Assembly (NCBI GenBank): GCA_020137815.1
Contig: CM035356.1
Location: forward strand, 6,820,001 to 6,884,000
Length of the DNA: 64,000 nucleotides
Reading direction: 5' to 3'
DNA from: Hormiphora californensis
Taxonomy: Eukaryota > Animalia > Ctenophora
Part shown: positions 21,811-34,460 of the stretch, in pieces
Layout of the letters: the number at the start of each line of letters is the position of its first letter
How positions within the stretch are numbered: position 1 is the first letter of the stretch
Program-made: the position numbers and the translations under genes
Notes under the pieces: model-generated
The model's input: the letters and a program-made list of their open reading frames with translations, nothing else
The model's database searches: none
Told to the model about the DNA's origin: nothing

Positions 21811-24800
21811 ATGTCAAAAAGTAAGATCGTGATAGTCCTGGATGTAACCTCCTCCGCCCTCTCCACCAACACTACCATTATCCGGAACTTCCTCTTGGAG
21901 AGAATGTATAACACCCCAGATCACTCCTTCGCGGTGATCCTATCTGGGACTGAAAACAGCGATGTGTCCCTTCTGACTGGTGATAGAGGAGGAATGGAGA
22001 GGGTAACGATAACTCGAGGTCTCCTTCCTGCTAGTATTGATCTTGTAAAGGAGGTGGAGCAGTTGGAGCAAGTGCAGGGTGGTGCTCATAACCTCTACAA
22101 TGCGGTAGGTACACTGTGTTCTCACCTAGTTAAAGTAACAATCTCACCTTGTTCTACCTAGTTAAAGTAATAATCTCTCCAACTCTCCCTAGTTAACGTA
22201 ACAATCTCTCTCCTAGGTGTATGCGGCTGTCAGGTTATTCTACCAGGAACCTAAGAAGACACACCATCTTAGTGAGAATATCATCATAATTCTAACTGAT
22301 GATGATGTTGTATTTGATGGTGATTACAAGACCTTGGCCTCCGAAATGAACCACATGAAACCCGTAATAACAGGGAAAATAATTGGACCCGAGTTGGAGT
22401 GGGATGATCTGAGTTCGGGCTGTGAGAATTTGAGGGATTTCGCTGGTGCCCTCACATCATCAGTCTGTGTAACATCAGATACAGGACTAGAAATAACGGG
22501 GGAGTACCAGAGTAAACAGACTAAACCGACAGCAACATTTAAAGGGTGTCTCGAGGTGGGTGATGGTGTGCAGATACCAGTACACATGGTCAGCAAGATT
22601 ACCCCTGCTAAACATGGTTTGGGGCTGGGTTTGTGCGATGCTAATGGAGAGAAGGTGGTGAGAGAGAGGAGGTATCACCTGCCGGATGGAAAGGAGGTGG
22701 ACCCTGATTGTATGAACAAGGGATATAAGTAAGTTGTTAATTCTCAAGTGTTTTTTGCTATTTCATTGATTGTGCTAAATATGTTCCTAAATCCCTAAAC
22801 TTGTCCCACATAAGACTGTCCACTTCGAAGGCCCGGTGCGGCTGCGTGAGGCACGATATTACAGTCAGAGCCTGACAACTCCTAACTACCTAGGTACGGG
22901 TACCAAAAATCCACAAACCTGGCGCACCCATCCGACCGATAGTTGCCTTCTACAACAGCCCTCTCTCTGCCCTCCATAAAACCCTCTCCAACATCCTCAA
23001 ACCTTTAACCTCTTCCTCCATCCGTCTCAAGGATTCTAACGCCTTTGTCCAACATCTCGCTACTACCAACACCCCTTCCTATCCCTACTATTTCTCTTTG
23101 GACGTGGTATCCCTCTACACCAACTGTGATATGCACACTGCCGTGGACACTGCCATCTCTCGCCTTGAGGAACAACCTGACCTCCTACCTTCTCCTCTAA
23201 CACCTCAAACCTTGCGGACCCTTCTCCTCTTCTGCCTTGATAATGCCTACTTTGAATTCGACGGGAAGTTCTACAAACAGACCTCTGGTGGAGTTATGGG
23301 ATCACCCCTCACTGTAGCCCTAGCTGAAATCCGCACCTCCCAACTGGAACAACACGCCCTGGATACCTTCTCCGACCCCCTTCACTCTTACCGACACTTT
23401 GTAGACGATGGAATAGGAGAGCCGCCCGAGACGCCGATCACGCTACCGCCTTCCTACACCACATCAACTCCCTCTCTTCTGACCTCCAGTACACCATTGA
23501 ACACCCCAAGGATGGCTACCTACCCTATCTTGATGTCCTCATCCACCCTGATCTTTCTACGTCTATCTACAGGAAACCTACCCACACCAATCTCTACCTG
23601 AAACACAACTCCTCTACCCCAGCCTCTACTCGACGCTCCGTCATCCAGTCCCTCACCAGACGTGCCTACATTCTCTGCTCTCCTCAACATGTGGAACAGG
23701 AACTCAACACCGTCTACTCTATCTGCCTGGCTAATGGATTCCCTCCTCACGAGACAACCACCCTGATGGACTCTGTACGTGATAAACTACACAGGAAACC
23801 CACTATTGGTGACTTCGACCGTGAATGGAGAGACTCTCAACGCATCACCCACAGGATCTCTCTTCCTTATCATCCTGACCTGGCCAACCCACTGAAGAGG
23901 ATCCTCAACCGCTACAACATCGCTGTATCCTTCTCTTCTTCTTCTACCTCCATTAGGAACACCCTCACCCGTACCAAATCCTCTACTCCCTCTTCTTCAA
24001 CGTGCAACGTTATCTACCGTATTCCCTGTCTGGACTGTCCTGCTTCCTACATTGGCCAAACCAAACGACCTGTTCTTACTCGCATCACGGAACACGAGCG
24101 CCATCACCGCCTTGATAACTCTACTGATTCCTATGGAAACATCAAATCCGCCCCTGCCCTACATGCCCTAAAATCTTCACACACCATTGGCTGGAACAAC
24201 ACGGAAATCCTAACTACTGCTCCATCCTCTTCCCACTTGGATCTCCTAGAACATGCTGCCATTACCATCCTCAAACCTGAACTCAACCGTACCCTCAAGG
24301 GACCCGCCATCAATCCTCAGTGGAACTCCCTCCTTCCTCGGATCACCTCTTCCTTCCGTCCTAGACCCAGCAACATCTCCAAGTTCGGATCACCTACCGC
24401 TTCCTAGCTGCTCTCCTCCCTGGATCACTTACCTCTCTCCCCTCCCTGGATCACCTCTCCTTCCTAACCACATCTCCTCCCTCTGGATCACCTATCTCTT
24501 CTCCTCCCTTATAAGGACTACCACCCTCACTCTCATTATAGCTGAAGACGTGATACACAGTGATCTCGAAAGCTTCTGTCAATTTATTTGATTTAGTACC
24601 ATTATATCGTTGTCTATCTTGTTAATACCTAGGTACGGGTGACTCAAAGACCACTTTCCTTTTATAGGTACGGTAAGGATTTCATACCCATCTCAAAAGT
24701 AGATGCATCTCTAATGAAAAGGGAAACGGAGAAAGAGTTGAAATTGTTATGTACAACAAAGAGGAAGAATATTCGGCGAGAACAGATCAATACCACCAAT

Positions 24801-27800
24801 GTATCGGTAAGTGGCTAACATCGTGGGTTAAGGGTACGCTAACCAAAAATTTTTTTCGAGTGCAGGGAAATCTCTCACCGTAGGGTTGTAGGCCATGCCA
24901 AGGAGACCTCAAATATGCAATTTGAGCTCTCAAGTCGAATTCATATTTTTGCTACAGCTGCTTGAAAAATGAACTGAAAATAAGTTTTTGGCATCTTAAA
25001 AATACATTTGTAAAGATAGGATCATAAAAATTTGTGGATTTGAAGAGGACAAAGAGGTGAGTAGCCACAAAATTTTTTTTTGAAATCCGAGCTGATTTCC
25101 GGTCCTGAGATGGATTTCTTTTTTTTGACTTTAACGCCATATTTGGCCAAGTTCCGAAAATATGTGAAAGCTGTAAATTGGTCAAAAGTTGCGTCTAACG
25201 ATTCTCTATATGGCCATAAATTTTGGGCGCGTCCTTATTTGAGATAAGCTGTACAGAGTTTTTTTTGTGAAAGCCGTCATTTCAGAAATAAATAAATTCC
25301 CTGTATCTCAAAAACGACTGATCGTAGAGACCTGAGATTATGCTTAAACGATTCAGAAGGTCCGATTTTGGGGGGGTCTTCTGAGAGACATTTTGCTCCT
25401 ACTTCAACCGTTTTTGCTGTAATTGTGAAAAACAAATTCTATGAAAAGGGCAAAAGCTAAACTCCAATATCCTGTAATTAGGGAATTTTAGCTAAGAAAG
25501 GACCGAAACTATGGAAAAGTGTGTAACAAGCTAATTCCTTCACTATTTGGTCCATATGGGTCCCTATAATCACCAAAAACAAAATCACAAAAAATCCACG
25601 ATGGCGAAGATGGGTTTTTGTTTTTCGCAATTACAGCAAAAACGGTTGAAGTAGGAGCAAAATGTCTCTCAGAAGACCCCCCCAAAATCGGACCTTCTGA
25701 ATCGTTTAAGCATAGTCTCAGGTCTCTACGATCAGTCGTTTTTGAGATACAGGGAATTTATTTATTTCTGAAATGACGGCTTTCACAAAAAAAACTCTGT
25801 ACAGCTTATCTCAAATAAGGACGCGCCCAAAATTTATGGCCATATAGAGAATCGTTAGACGCAACTTTTGACCAATTTACAGCTTTCACATATTTTCGGA
25901 ACTTGGCCAAATATGGCGTTAAAGTCAAAAAAAAGAAATCCATCTCAGGACCGGAAATCAGCTCGGATTTCAAAAAAAAAATTTGTGGCTACTCACCTCT
26001 TTGTCCTCTTCAAATCCACAAATTTTTATGATCCTATCTTTACAAATGTATTTTTAAGATGCCAAAAACTTATTTTCAGTTCATTTTTCAAGCAGCTGTA
26101 GCAAAAATATGAATTCGACTTGAGAGCTCAAATTGCATATTTGAGGTCTCCTTGGCATGGCCTACAACCCTACGGTGAGAGATTTCCCTGCACTCGAAAA
26201 AAATTTTTGGTTAGCGTACCCTTAACATATTGTATGTTGTAGTATTCAAGTGGCATGCCCCGCCCTAAGGCATGGAAGGAGTGGAAGGAGTGGATGGAGA
26301 CAAGACACACCTAGGTGTCGTGTCCTCGAGCACTCTTTCTTAGTTTTAGAACAGTCTACATTGTAGGACCTTCTAGAACTAATCTTCAACTACGGGATGA
26401 TTGCCACTGGGTAATTATTGGGAATCAACCACTAGGAGAGGTGCCTTGTTCGAACCTCCCTCCCTGCGCCCCTCGAATTTTATAAAATAAAATAAAACGG
26501 GTTTGAACAAAACAATAGGAGAGCTGCATCCGACTCCCGCCTCATATTCAAAAGGATTTCTAAGGGTGGGGCATGAATGTACTCTTTGTAAAAGTAAAAC
26601 TAGGGATTTATGAATAATTACTCATTGTTGTACGGGGTCTGAGCGTGTATACAAGTGTGGCTATTATTATTATTATTATTATCAAAGATGCAGTAGTCAT
26701 GTTGCATTATTCAACTTGGGTAGCATTGAAGTAGCCGTGATTAGTACTATCGTTATATCAATTATCCTTCTTTCATTCAATCGTGTACGGGGGTCCCATT
26801 GTACGTCACACTGTTATAATAGTGCCCCAGGGCCCAGGCCCCTATACTCCATTTTTTTTCAACTGTTCACCCCCCAAAGTCGTGCGCGGAATTGTTTTGC
26901 GCGTCTATCACATGTTAACGTGTAGCGCGCGCCACGAAAATTCTAAATTTCACTGAAATTTCGATTTTGGGTGAACAGTTGAAAAAAAATGGACTTTACT
27001 ATAGAGAATTTCTAAAACTCGTGGTCCTATTTATTTACCTGTTTATTTTCTACTCCACAGGTTCTAATGGCACCAGGGGATGACACGATTAAAGGTCAGG
27101 GATTGGCTGCATTTGTTATTGCCCTCAAGGAGCTTGGTTTGGTGGCAATTTGCAGGTAATTGGTTAATACTAGTTATAGGTAATTAGTTAGGTTGATTAA
27201 TACTTTAATAATGTATTTATTTAGGATAATTAATTAACATAATATATCACTTTTGAGTTTGTTCATTTCACTGCAGGAATAAAGAACAACACAGCCTGTG
27301 ACAGTGTAATAACACAATACCCACACACTGCACCATTAGTTGTTGTATTACACGTGTAAATGTAGAGTTGTTAGCAGCAGTTTACACACACACACTTGCC
27401 CCAATAACATAATTGTCTAACCCTAATCATATACAATATATATGTGCTATAACACCGGTGTGTATCTGTATATCGCGCCCCGCGCGGGGCGTGATATGCA
27501 CGCATATCGGCTCCTTGCGGAGCAAGGAGACGATATGCAATATATCGCCCCGAACGTAGTGAGGGCGATATATTTGATACACATAAGGTGTTATAGCATA
27601 TAACGCCCACTGCAAGCAAGGAGAGAACAACACTAATCCCCTTTCAAGTTTTTCAACTCAATTTGACAAACTATTCAACATCATCAAAGTTTCACAGTTC
27701 AACAACAAATAATGACACGGCGAGAGAGAGGCAACACAACTCATGTCAATCCTTCACATATGTTCCCTTTTCAACTCCAGACATGTCTAGACATGTCTAG

Positions 27801-29256
27801 ACACTCACACACACACAAGCGAACTATTGGGTGCTAATTAAATAGAGAGATATAACGATTACCAATGTCTCTCTTGTCTCTCTCTCTCTCTCTTGTCGCC
27901 ATTCTGCCGCCCCTTGTTGTGTCAATCTCTCTTTCTCTTTGAAACAGTGTGTACACAACAGTACACACACACAAAAGAAAGAGTTTGCATACCTTTTTGG
28001 GTGAATTGTTGCGTGTAATAAATTGCACTTTTATAGCGGGCGTTATGAGATTTATCACTTCGGATTCAGTCATATCAGCCCGCTACCGCGCGGGTGTTAT
28101 TTCTCAAAAAAATGCACAGTGGGCGTTATATTTGCCGTTGCAAGGCGCGGTGAGATATAATCCTGCATTTTCGGAACGTGTTCGTCTCACCATTGCGCGT
28201 CGCATGCTGTACCAAACCCGAGTGAACAAGCTAACAATAGTGCAATTACATGCGCGCGATGTACTATATCGCATGGAAGTTCACTATTGTTAGCTCGCTC
28301 ACCCGGGCTAGCTCCTGCACCCGCGACGCGCAATGCCGAGACGAACACGCTCCGAAAAGAGAGCATAAGGGTCGATCAATATAACCGCTCCTTATCTCCG
28401 TCACAGGTTGGTAAAGAAGGAAGGCTCCGACTCTCAACTGTTCTGCCTCCTCCCCGTCACCAAACCTCACACCGCCTTCTTCCACGTCTTCCAACTTCCC
28501 CTTACTGACGAGGTTAAAACACAACTCTACCCTCCCCTACCTTCCCCACCCTGCCTTCCCGAGGAGATGGAAGCAGTGGATAAACTGATAGACGGCTTCA
28601 TGGGAGCAGACAGTGGACCCAAGAGTGATCCTTCTATTAACCGGAGGTTTGAGTGTGTTGTAGCAAAGGCCGAGGAGAGGGAGTTTCCTGGGTTTGAGAT
28701 AAAACGAGAACTGAAAATTGAAGAAGACCTAATTGAGCAGCTTGATAGGAACTTTGCTGTGGTGAAAGTTGAGGATAATAAAAAGAGGACGGCTGAAGAT
28801 TTGTTCAAAGTTGAAGCAAAGAAACCTAAGATTGAAGAAGAGGGTAAATCTCTGGACACCCTGCTAGGTGGTGAGGTGAGAGTGACCTCTCTAGCTCCTG
28901 TATCTGATTTCGCTATGGTCCGCAAAACATCGGGTGTAGAGGAGGCGTTTAGACAGATGTGCGAGGTTATTCGAGCCCAAATCGAGCACAACTGGACCCC
29001 ACACCGGACCGTGTCTCCAATGTCTGCGGAGTGCGTCTATTGAGTGTGGTCTAGTGGGGATTGTTTAACCCATTCCTCAGATCCCTGTCTCGTGAGGTGT
29101 GTGTGAGGTATGGTGTTGGACTTATAACGGAGGAAGGAATGCCCAGGATGTGGGGTGAGTGAGAGCGAGGGAAGGGTCTTCCTGGATAGTGGGGGAAGTG
29201 GCGTGAAGGAGGAGGAGGAACATGATAGTGACGCAGATTTGCTGGATGAGTTGTAG
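21811..29256 (+). CDS. XRCC5: Ku80 (X-ray repair cross-complementing 5); C-terminal region frameshifted in this sequence
   Basis: Exons 21811-22104, 22217-22728, 24668-24806, 27061-27155, 28407-29256. vWA start IVIVLDV; beta-barrel KGYKYGKDFIPISKVD, ALKELGLVAICR, FQLPLTDEVK; C-terminal APVSDF...FNPFL...GLIT...DLLDEL* resembling the Ku80 DNA-PKcs-binding tail. Confidence 0.85.
22902..24625 (+). mobile_element. 5'-truncated Penelope-like retroelement (RT + GIY-YIG endonuclease) in Ku80 intron 2
   Basis: PKIHKPGAPIRPIV, SLDVVSLYTN, GGVMGSPL, RHFVDD, LPYLDV; GIY-YIG NVIYRIPCLDCPASYIGQTKR. One frameshift near 23420. 15-bp TSD TACCTAGGTACGGGT at 22887-22901 and 24626-24640. Confidence 0.9.
24535..24585 (+). 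ncRNA. Candidate minimal hammerhead ribozyme in the Penelope terminal repeat
   Basis: CTGAAGA (CUGANGA), short spacer, then GAAA overlapping the palindrome AAGCTT. Minimal hammerheads in Penelope pLTRs are established. Confidence 0.5.
24832..26221. mobile_element. Kolobok-type non-autonomous foldback element, TTAA TSD
   Basis: TTAA|GGGTACGCTAACC...GGTTAGCGTACCC|TTAA; ~600-bp near-perfect arms and ~185-bp spacer. RR..YY ends with TTAA fit Kolobok rather than piggyBac. Confidence 0.8.
26848..26995. repeat. Small palindromic MITE (TCCATTTTTTTTCAACTGTTCACCC...GGGTGAACAGTTGAAAAAAAATGGA)
   Basis: Inverted termini are visible; related ends occur at ~13440-13592. Confidence 0.65.
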
Positions 29257-30790
29257 AGGGGTTGTAGAGACATGATCTGGAGGGTGGAGAGTGGGGCGGA
29301 TAAGTCCGTATTTGGAGGGTATACATGTATTGTGCTGTCTTCATATTGGTTTGGACTTGATAGACAGTACATATCAGTGTGTAAATAGTACACAGTAGGG
29401 AGAGAGAGAGAGAGGCAGAGTCAATAATAGAAAGGTCATGAACAGCTCACATTGTTTTCGAGAATCTATTTGTTCAAAAAGGGCATAATTTTGTTTGTGA
29501 AAGGACTTTGTTTCGGTAGAATCAAATAATATTTAGAAGGATCAGAGAGAGCGAACAATCAGAGAAAGAGAAGTTAATATAGGTGAAGAATATTCATTGT
29601 CTTGATAGCCATTGTCCTACTTATGTTGTCGATTTTTATTGTAACTTATTATATTTTTAGCTTTTTATTATGTTCAATATTTTCAAAACCACGACTTCTT
29701 TTATTTGTTAGACCTTGTTACTAGCTGGCGCCTGGAAACTGTAAAATCTAATAACGAGTACATACACTCACGGAAGAGCACATGCTGTAGTAACAAAGAA
29801 ACAATTGAAATGTAATTGTATTGTGTATAGTCACACACACACATGGGGCCTGATACTCGACCGTGTTTCACCTCACACAGTGTGTGTCTATGTGAGGCAG
29901 TGCAGCTCCCCCTTTTAACTTGGCGTAGCGCGCGGGGTCTTCACCACAGAAAACTCCGCGCAAACCCCGCTACATCAGAGGACCGTGGGAAATGTTTTTA
30001 GGCGCTGGAAAGCGCCGGAGTCTGTCACTGGGACAGTTTCCCAGTGAAACTCGCTAAATCTGCGAGGACTGAGGGACAATGTAGCACTTCAAGAACGTGT
30101 CTAAGCACCTCAGCTTCTCCTTTAAACCCAATAACTTTGGATTCACTGCACTGGTCAGTGGACATTTTACAGCAAAGTCTTTGCTGTCACTTTGCAGCAT
30201 GAATATGGACAGTAAAGTTTGCTGTCCATATTTTCTGGTTATTCTGCCTGGTAGTAACATCAGACATTCTCCTTGGCAAATGGCAGTTCGATCAGACAAT
30301 AGACATCCGCTATGGGGTCTGACACTGCAAGAAAGATATCATATCTGTAAGTGTAACTGGGTGACATATAGCCTGCAAGTCTTTTATACTTTAGTAGCTG
30401 AGATTCTTGTGCCAGCCCACCCCCTGTTGATATATAATAATTCATCATTATCCTCAGTTCTCACATCACATTTGGTCAGAGCTCCCTTATCTCTGTTTTG
30501 CTTGTGAACCGTTGCGAATCTCTCTAATTGTGAGATACAAATAAAAACAAGGAAGTTTAGTTCAACAGTTTACACATGTTTCAATACAAAATTGTATTTC
30601 ATCAGAACTGAATCACACTTGTCCCGTTCCAGATATCTATCTCTCCTGCTATGAGTGGTAGTACAGCCTCTGCTTGTAGTTTCAAAGACCGGCTGAGTGT
30701 ATAGCGATGAAAGGGTACAGAGAAGAGTTTATGGTGAAGTGCAGGGCGAGTTATTTGACCTGGTACGGGACCTGTTTACTCATGCTGGTA

Positions 30791-31014
30791 AGGGTCCAGT
30801 TAGAGATTTTGCGACTGACGTTAGTTACAATGAAGCAGGCCCCTGCTGACACTGCTGACACTGCCACGCGCGCTACTTTACATGCATTTCACATCGAAAA
30901 CCCTGCTAGTCAACGAAGATTTGGCGCGCACAGGGACTCTCCCAGCTTGCGCCAGTTGCAGACTGGAGGCTGGCGCCAGAAACTGGAGCCAGCCTCCAAT
31001 CTGCAACTGGAGCG
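30791..31014. mobile_element. 224-bp TA-flanked MITE; identical-looking second copy at 31219-31442
   Basis: Both copies are flanked by TA; imperfect TIR (TCCAGTT..AGATT). Removal restores HAG-IKDSFP in the host ORF. Confidence 0.7.
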
Positions 31015-31040
31015 TATTAAGGATTCCTTCCCTAAAAGTT

Positions 31041-31764
31041 GGGGGGGGGGGGTGACACGTAACACTTTGTAACACTTTGTAACATGTAACGCGCACAAAA
31101 AGTTTTCTGCATATGTTACAAAGTGTTACAAAGTGTTACAAAATGTTACAAAGTGTTACATATTTTATATGGCTGAAAACCGGTCCGTACACCCGACTTT
31201 GAGCTGATATGTTGCATAAGGGTCCAGTTAGAGATTTTGCGACTGACGTTAGTTACAATGAAGCAGGCCCCTGCTGACACTGCTGACACTGCCACGCGCG
31301 CTACTTTACATGCATTTCACATCGAAAACCCTGCTAGTCAACGAAGATTTGGCGCGCACAGGGACTCTCCCAGCTTGCGCCAGTTGCAGACTGGAGGCTG
31401 GCGCCAGAAACTGGAGCCAGCCTCCAATCTGCAACTGGAGCGTAAAACACCATGAAACAGTGTCTTAGGTTCAGCCGAATACGAATACGTAAAATTTATT
31501 TCGGTATTTTACGCTAGAAAATTTTTTTGGTCACTTTTTGTAACACTTTGTAACAATTTGTAACACTTTGTAACAATTTCTAACACTATGTAACACTTTG
31601 TAACACTATGTAACACTTTGTAACACTTTGTAACACTATGTAACACTTTGTAACACTATGTAACACTTTGTAACACTATGTAACACTTTGTAACATGTAA
31701 CGTGCACAAAAAGTTTTCTGCACATGTTACAAAGTGTTACAAAGTGTTACGTGTCATCCCCCCC
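31041..31764. mobile_element. Foldback element with poly-G/poly-C ends and (TGTAACACTT)n subrepeats
   Basis: G(n)TGACACGTAACACTTTG...CAAAGTGTTACGTGTCATC(n); AAAAGTT duplicated on both sides (possibly a 9-bp TSD with one mismatch). Confidence 0.75.
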
Positions 31765-32244
31765 AAAAGTTTGACTGCTGGCCGTAGTGTGTGGGATAGT
31801 TTAAAGTGTCCCAGTAAGAGTAAGATCAAGGGGATAAAGAAGCCAGAACTAGAGGATTTCACAGAGAAATTGTGTCATTTCCTGATGGAGAGATGTTACC
31901 CTCTGCTTGATCGTCTTAGTAATGAAGTTGAGGACAGTGAAAGGAGGCTAATGGATAGTCAAGAGGAGTTGGTTGCTTCTCAGAGAGGATTGGTGGAGGC
32001 CCAAGGACAGCTTGTTAAGTTGCAGTGCGAGTTGTTGGAGAAGCGAGATAAGGAGATCTCTGCAGTACAGTCTATACTACAGCAGAAGAGGAAATTAAGA
32101 CCTTTTCTTCTGTCCTCAAGAAGCAATGCGACACTGCCCTGGCTCCTAAGCGAATCAGCACAGCAATTAGCAGTGCAACAGACGACAGGATGAGCAACGT
32201 GATTGTCCATGGGTTGTTGGATTGTAAAAGTGAGAACAACCACG

Positions 32245-33051
32245 CAGTCCTGTCGACAACTACACTTCAAATCTCAGAATTTCAAATTTTCGGTTCAAAT
32301 GTGTAGACTACTAAAATTGAAACTGCTGGGGAGGGTTGGCACTTCTCATAACTCACCTGGGCAGCCACCAGAGGTCCAAAACCACTCAAAAAGGTCAAAA
32401 AATCAATTTTCGATTTGAGGAAAACGACCGGCATCACGAGATTCCTCGTCAAATTCTAAGCATCCTCGTATAATTCTAGCTCACCAATTCAAACCAGTTC
32501 GGAGAAATGAGCGATGAAAGAAGCAAAAAGTGAACAATATTATCGGAGGAAGGGCTCAACTGGCTAAAAATAGATGACTGAATTCCTGTGTTTAGTCTAT
32601 TGTAAGAATCTCACTTTGCGCTCTCTCTTTTCTGCACTTCCCCTTTTCCCCCTTCCAAGATCAGAAAAGAGAGAGCGCAAAGTGAGATTGTTACAATAGA
32701 CTAAACACAGGAATTCAGTCATCTATTTTTAGCCAGTTGAGCCCTTCCTCCGATAATATTGTTCACTTTTTGCTTCTTTCATCGCTCATTTCTCCGAACT
32801 GGTTTGAATTGGTGAGCTAGAATTATACGAGGATGCTTAGAATTTGACGAGGAATCTCGTGATGCCGGTCGTTTTCCTCAAATCGAAAATTGATTTTTTG
32901 ACCTTTTTGAGTGGTTTTGGACCTCTGGTGGCTGCCCAGGTGAGTTATGAGAAGTGCCAACCCTCCCCAGCAGTTTCAATTTTAGTAGTCTACACATTTG
33001 AACCGAAAATTTGAAATTCTGAGATTTGAAGTGTAGTTGTCGACAGGACTG
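32245..33051. mobile_element. Near-perfect palindromic element, CAGT...ACTG ends, 3-bp TSD (ACG)
   Basis: ~390-bp arms with a ~27-bp spacer; ACG at 32242-32244 and 33052-33054. Excision restores ENNH-DLDID in the host ORF. Confidence 0.85.
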
Positions 33052-33767
33052 ACGATTTGGATATAGATGTTAGACGCCTTTTTGATTGTATGGGTGAGTG
33101 TACTACCGATGTTTGGGGTATGGAGCGCCTCGGTAGGTACAAGGAGGGTACTGACCGACCAGTAAAGCTGCGGTTGAGTGGCCGGCATTTCCGAGATCGA
33201 ATTCTATCCTGCAAGAATAGTCTGAAGAAATCTAAAGATTACAGTAAGACTTTCATATCCCCTGATCGTTCTCCCGAGGAGAGAGAGGAGAGGAGGAAGT
33301 TGGTTGCTGACATGAGGGCGAGGAAGGAGGCGGAACCTGGGAAGACCTTTGGGATCAGAGGAGGCAAGGTGGTGGAGGTGGTTGTTTGAGTGTGTGGGCG
33401 TGTTTGTGTGGACTGTGGGACTGATTATACATTAATTGCTAGGTTTTGTGACCAGATTTTTGAGCATCAGAGCACTGGACATTAAACTGGATTATTATAG
33501 ACATTATAACTTTATATATTTTTTAAGGGTTTGCAGCAAAGGTGAACCGCTCTGATGCTCCGTGTTACTAGGGTTTTTAATTTCTAGTATTCTACGGGGT
33601 CTGAGCGTGTATACAAATGCTGATATTATTATTATTATTATCATATCTTGTTCCCCCTACACAAATCATATCTGATTTGCATCCGTTTTGCATTTGTTCA
33701 GCAATGTAAATGGCTATCCCTTATTGCTGAATTTATGCCACTCATCAGTAAGACTTGCCCGATCCTC

Positions 33768-33861
<94 letters not shown>

Positions 33862-34108
33862 CTAGACAGTAGAGTAGAGAGATAGAGATAGCAGATAGAT
33901 AGAGAAGAAGAGGAGATATGTCGCTCATGATGACTGCATCTCTCATCTGGACTCTTCGTCTCTCTACTCGCTATGCTCTCTCTCGTCGAGAACTCTCCTC
34001 ACTTCGCTACTCTCTCTCATCTCGTTCCTACTCTCTCTCTCTTCAGGTATCTCATACGTCTCTCTCTCTCGCATCTCGCGTACGATCTCTCTCTCTCTCT
34101 CTCTCTCT

Positions 34109-34211
<103 letters not shown>

Positions 34212-34386
34212 GTCTCTCGCTCTCTACTCCTCCTGCTCTCGATACCGAGGAGAAAGAGGGGGAAATCTATCCTAATCCAGGCCAGGTCACTCACGTTGTA
34301 TTTACTTTTCTCATTGATCCATTTACATGGTTATTGGTAAACTGAATAGGATTCCTCTCTTCATGAGAATTGAATGGAGTTGCAAC

Positions 34387-34460
34387 TGCGTCAGTGCAGC
34401 AAAATCAGAAACTATTAGCAACTAGTTGCTAATAGTTTCTGATTTTGCTGCACTGACGCA
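34387..34460. repeat. Perfect 74-bp spacerless palindrome
   Basis: TGCGTCAGTGCAGCAAAATCAGAAACTATTAGCAACT|AGTTGCTAATAGTTTCTGATTTTGCTGCACTGACGCA. Confidence 0.95.

Larger units (their letters stand above)
30600..33641 (+). mobile_element. Decayed ORF1-only non-LTR retroposon with three nested insertions
   Basis: After removing the insertions: coiled coil, then DDRMSNVIVHGL, ERLGRY...RPVKLRL...FISPDRSPEEREERRKLV (LINE ORF1-type). Stop at 33389, then ~250 bp to a (TAT)n tail; no RT. Confidence 0.7.

Noticed and set aside
22120-22216. Ku80 intron 1 repeats (CCTAGTTAAAGTAACAATCTC x3) as another junction-spanning array
   Set aside because: The units contain an acceptor-like CCTAG but not the exon's first bases, so they were not counted with the true junction duplications.
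24952-26101. Mirror-image 77-aa ORFs suggesting a duplicated gene
   Set aside because: A by-product of the inverted arms of the TTAA foldback element; no protein motifs.
26230-26630. tRNA-derived SINE head (GTTCGAACC B-box-like at ~26448)
   Set aside because: No convincing A box or cloverleaf; only the shared 3' tail is supported.
29930-30560. Possible decayed DNA-transposon N-terminal coding remnant (- strand)
   Set aside because: Only weak fragmentary resemblance; no termini or catalytic motif identified.
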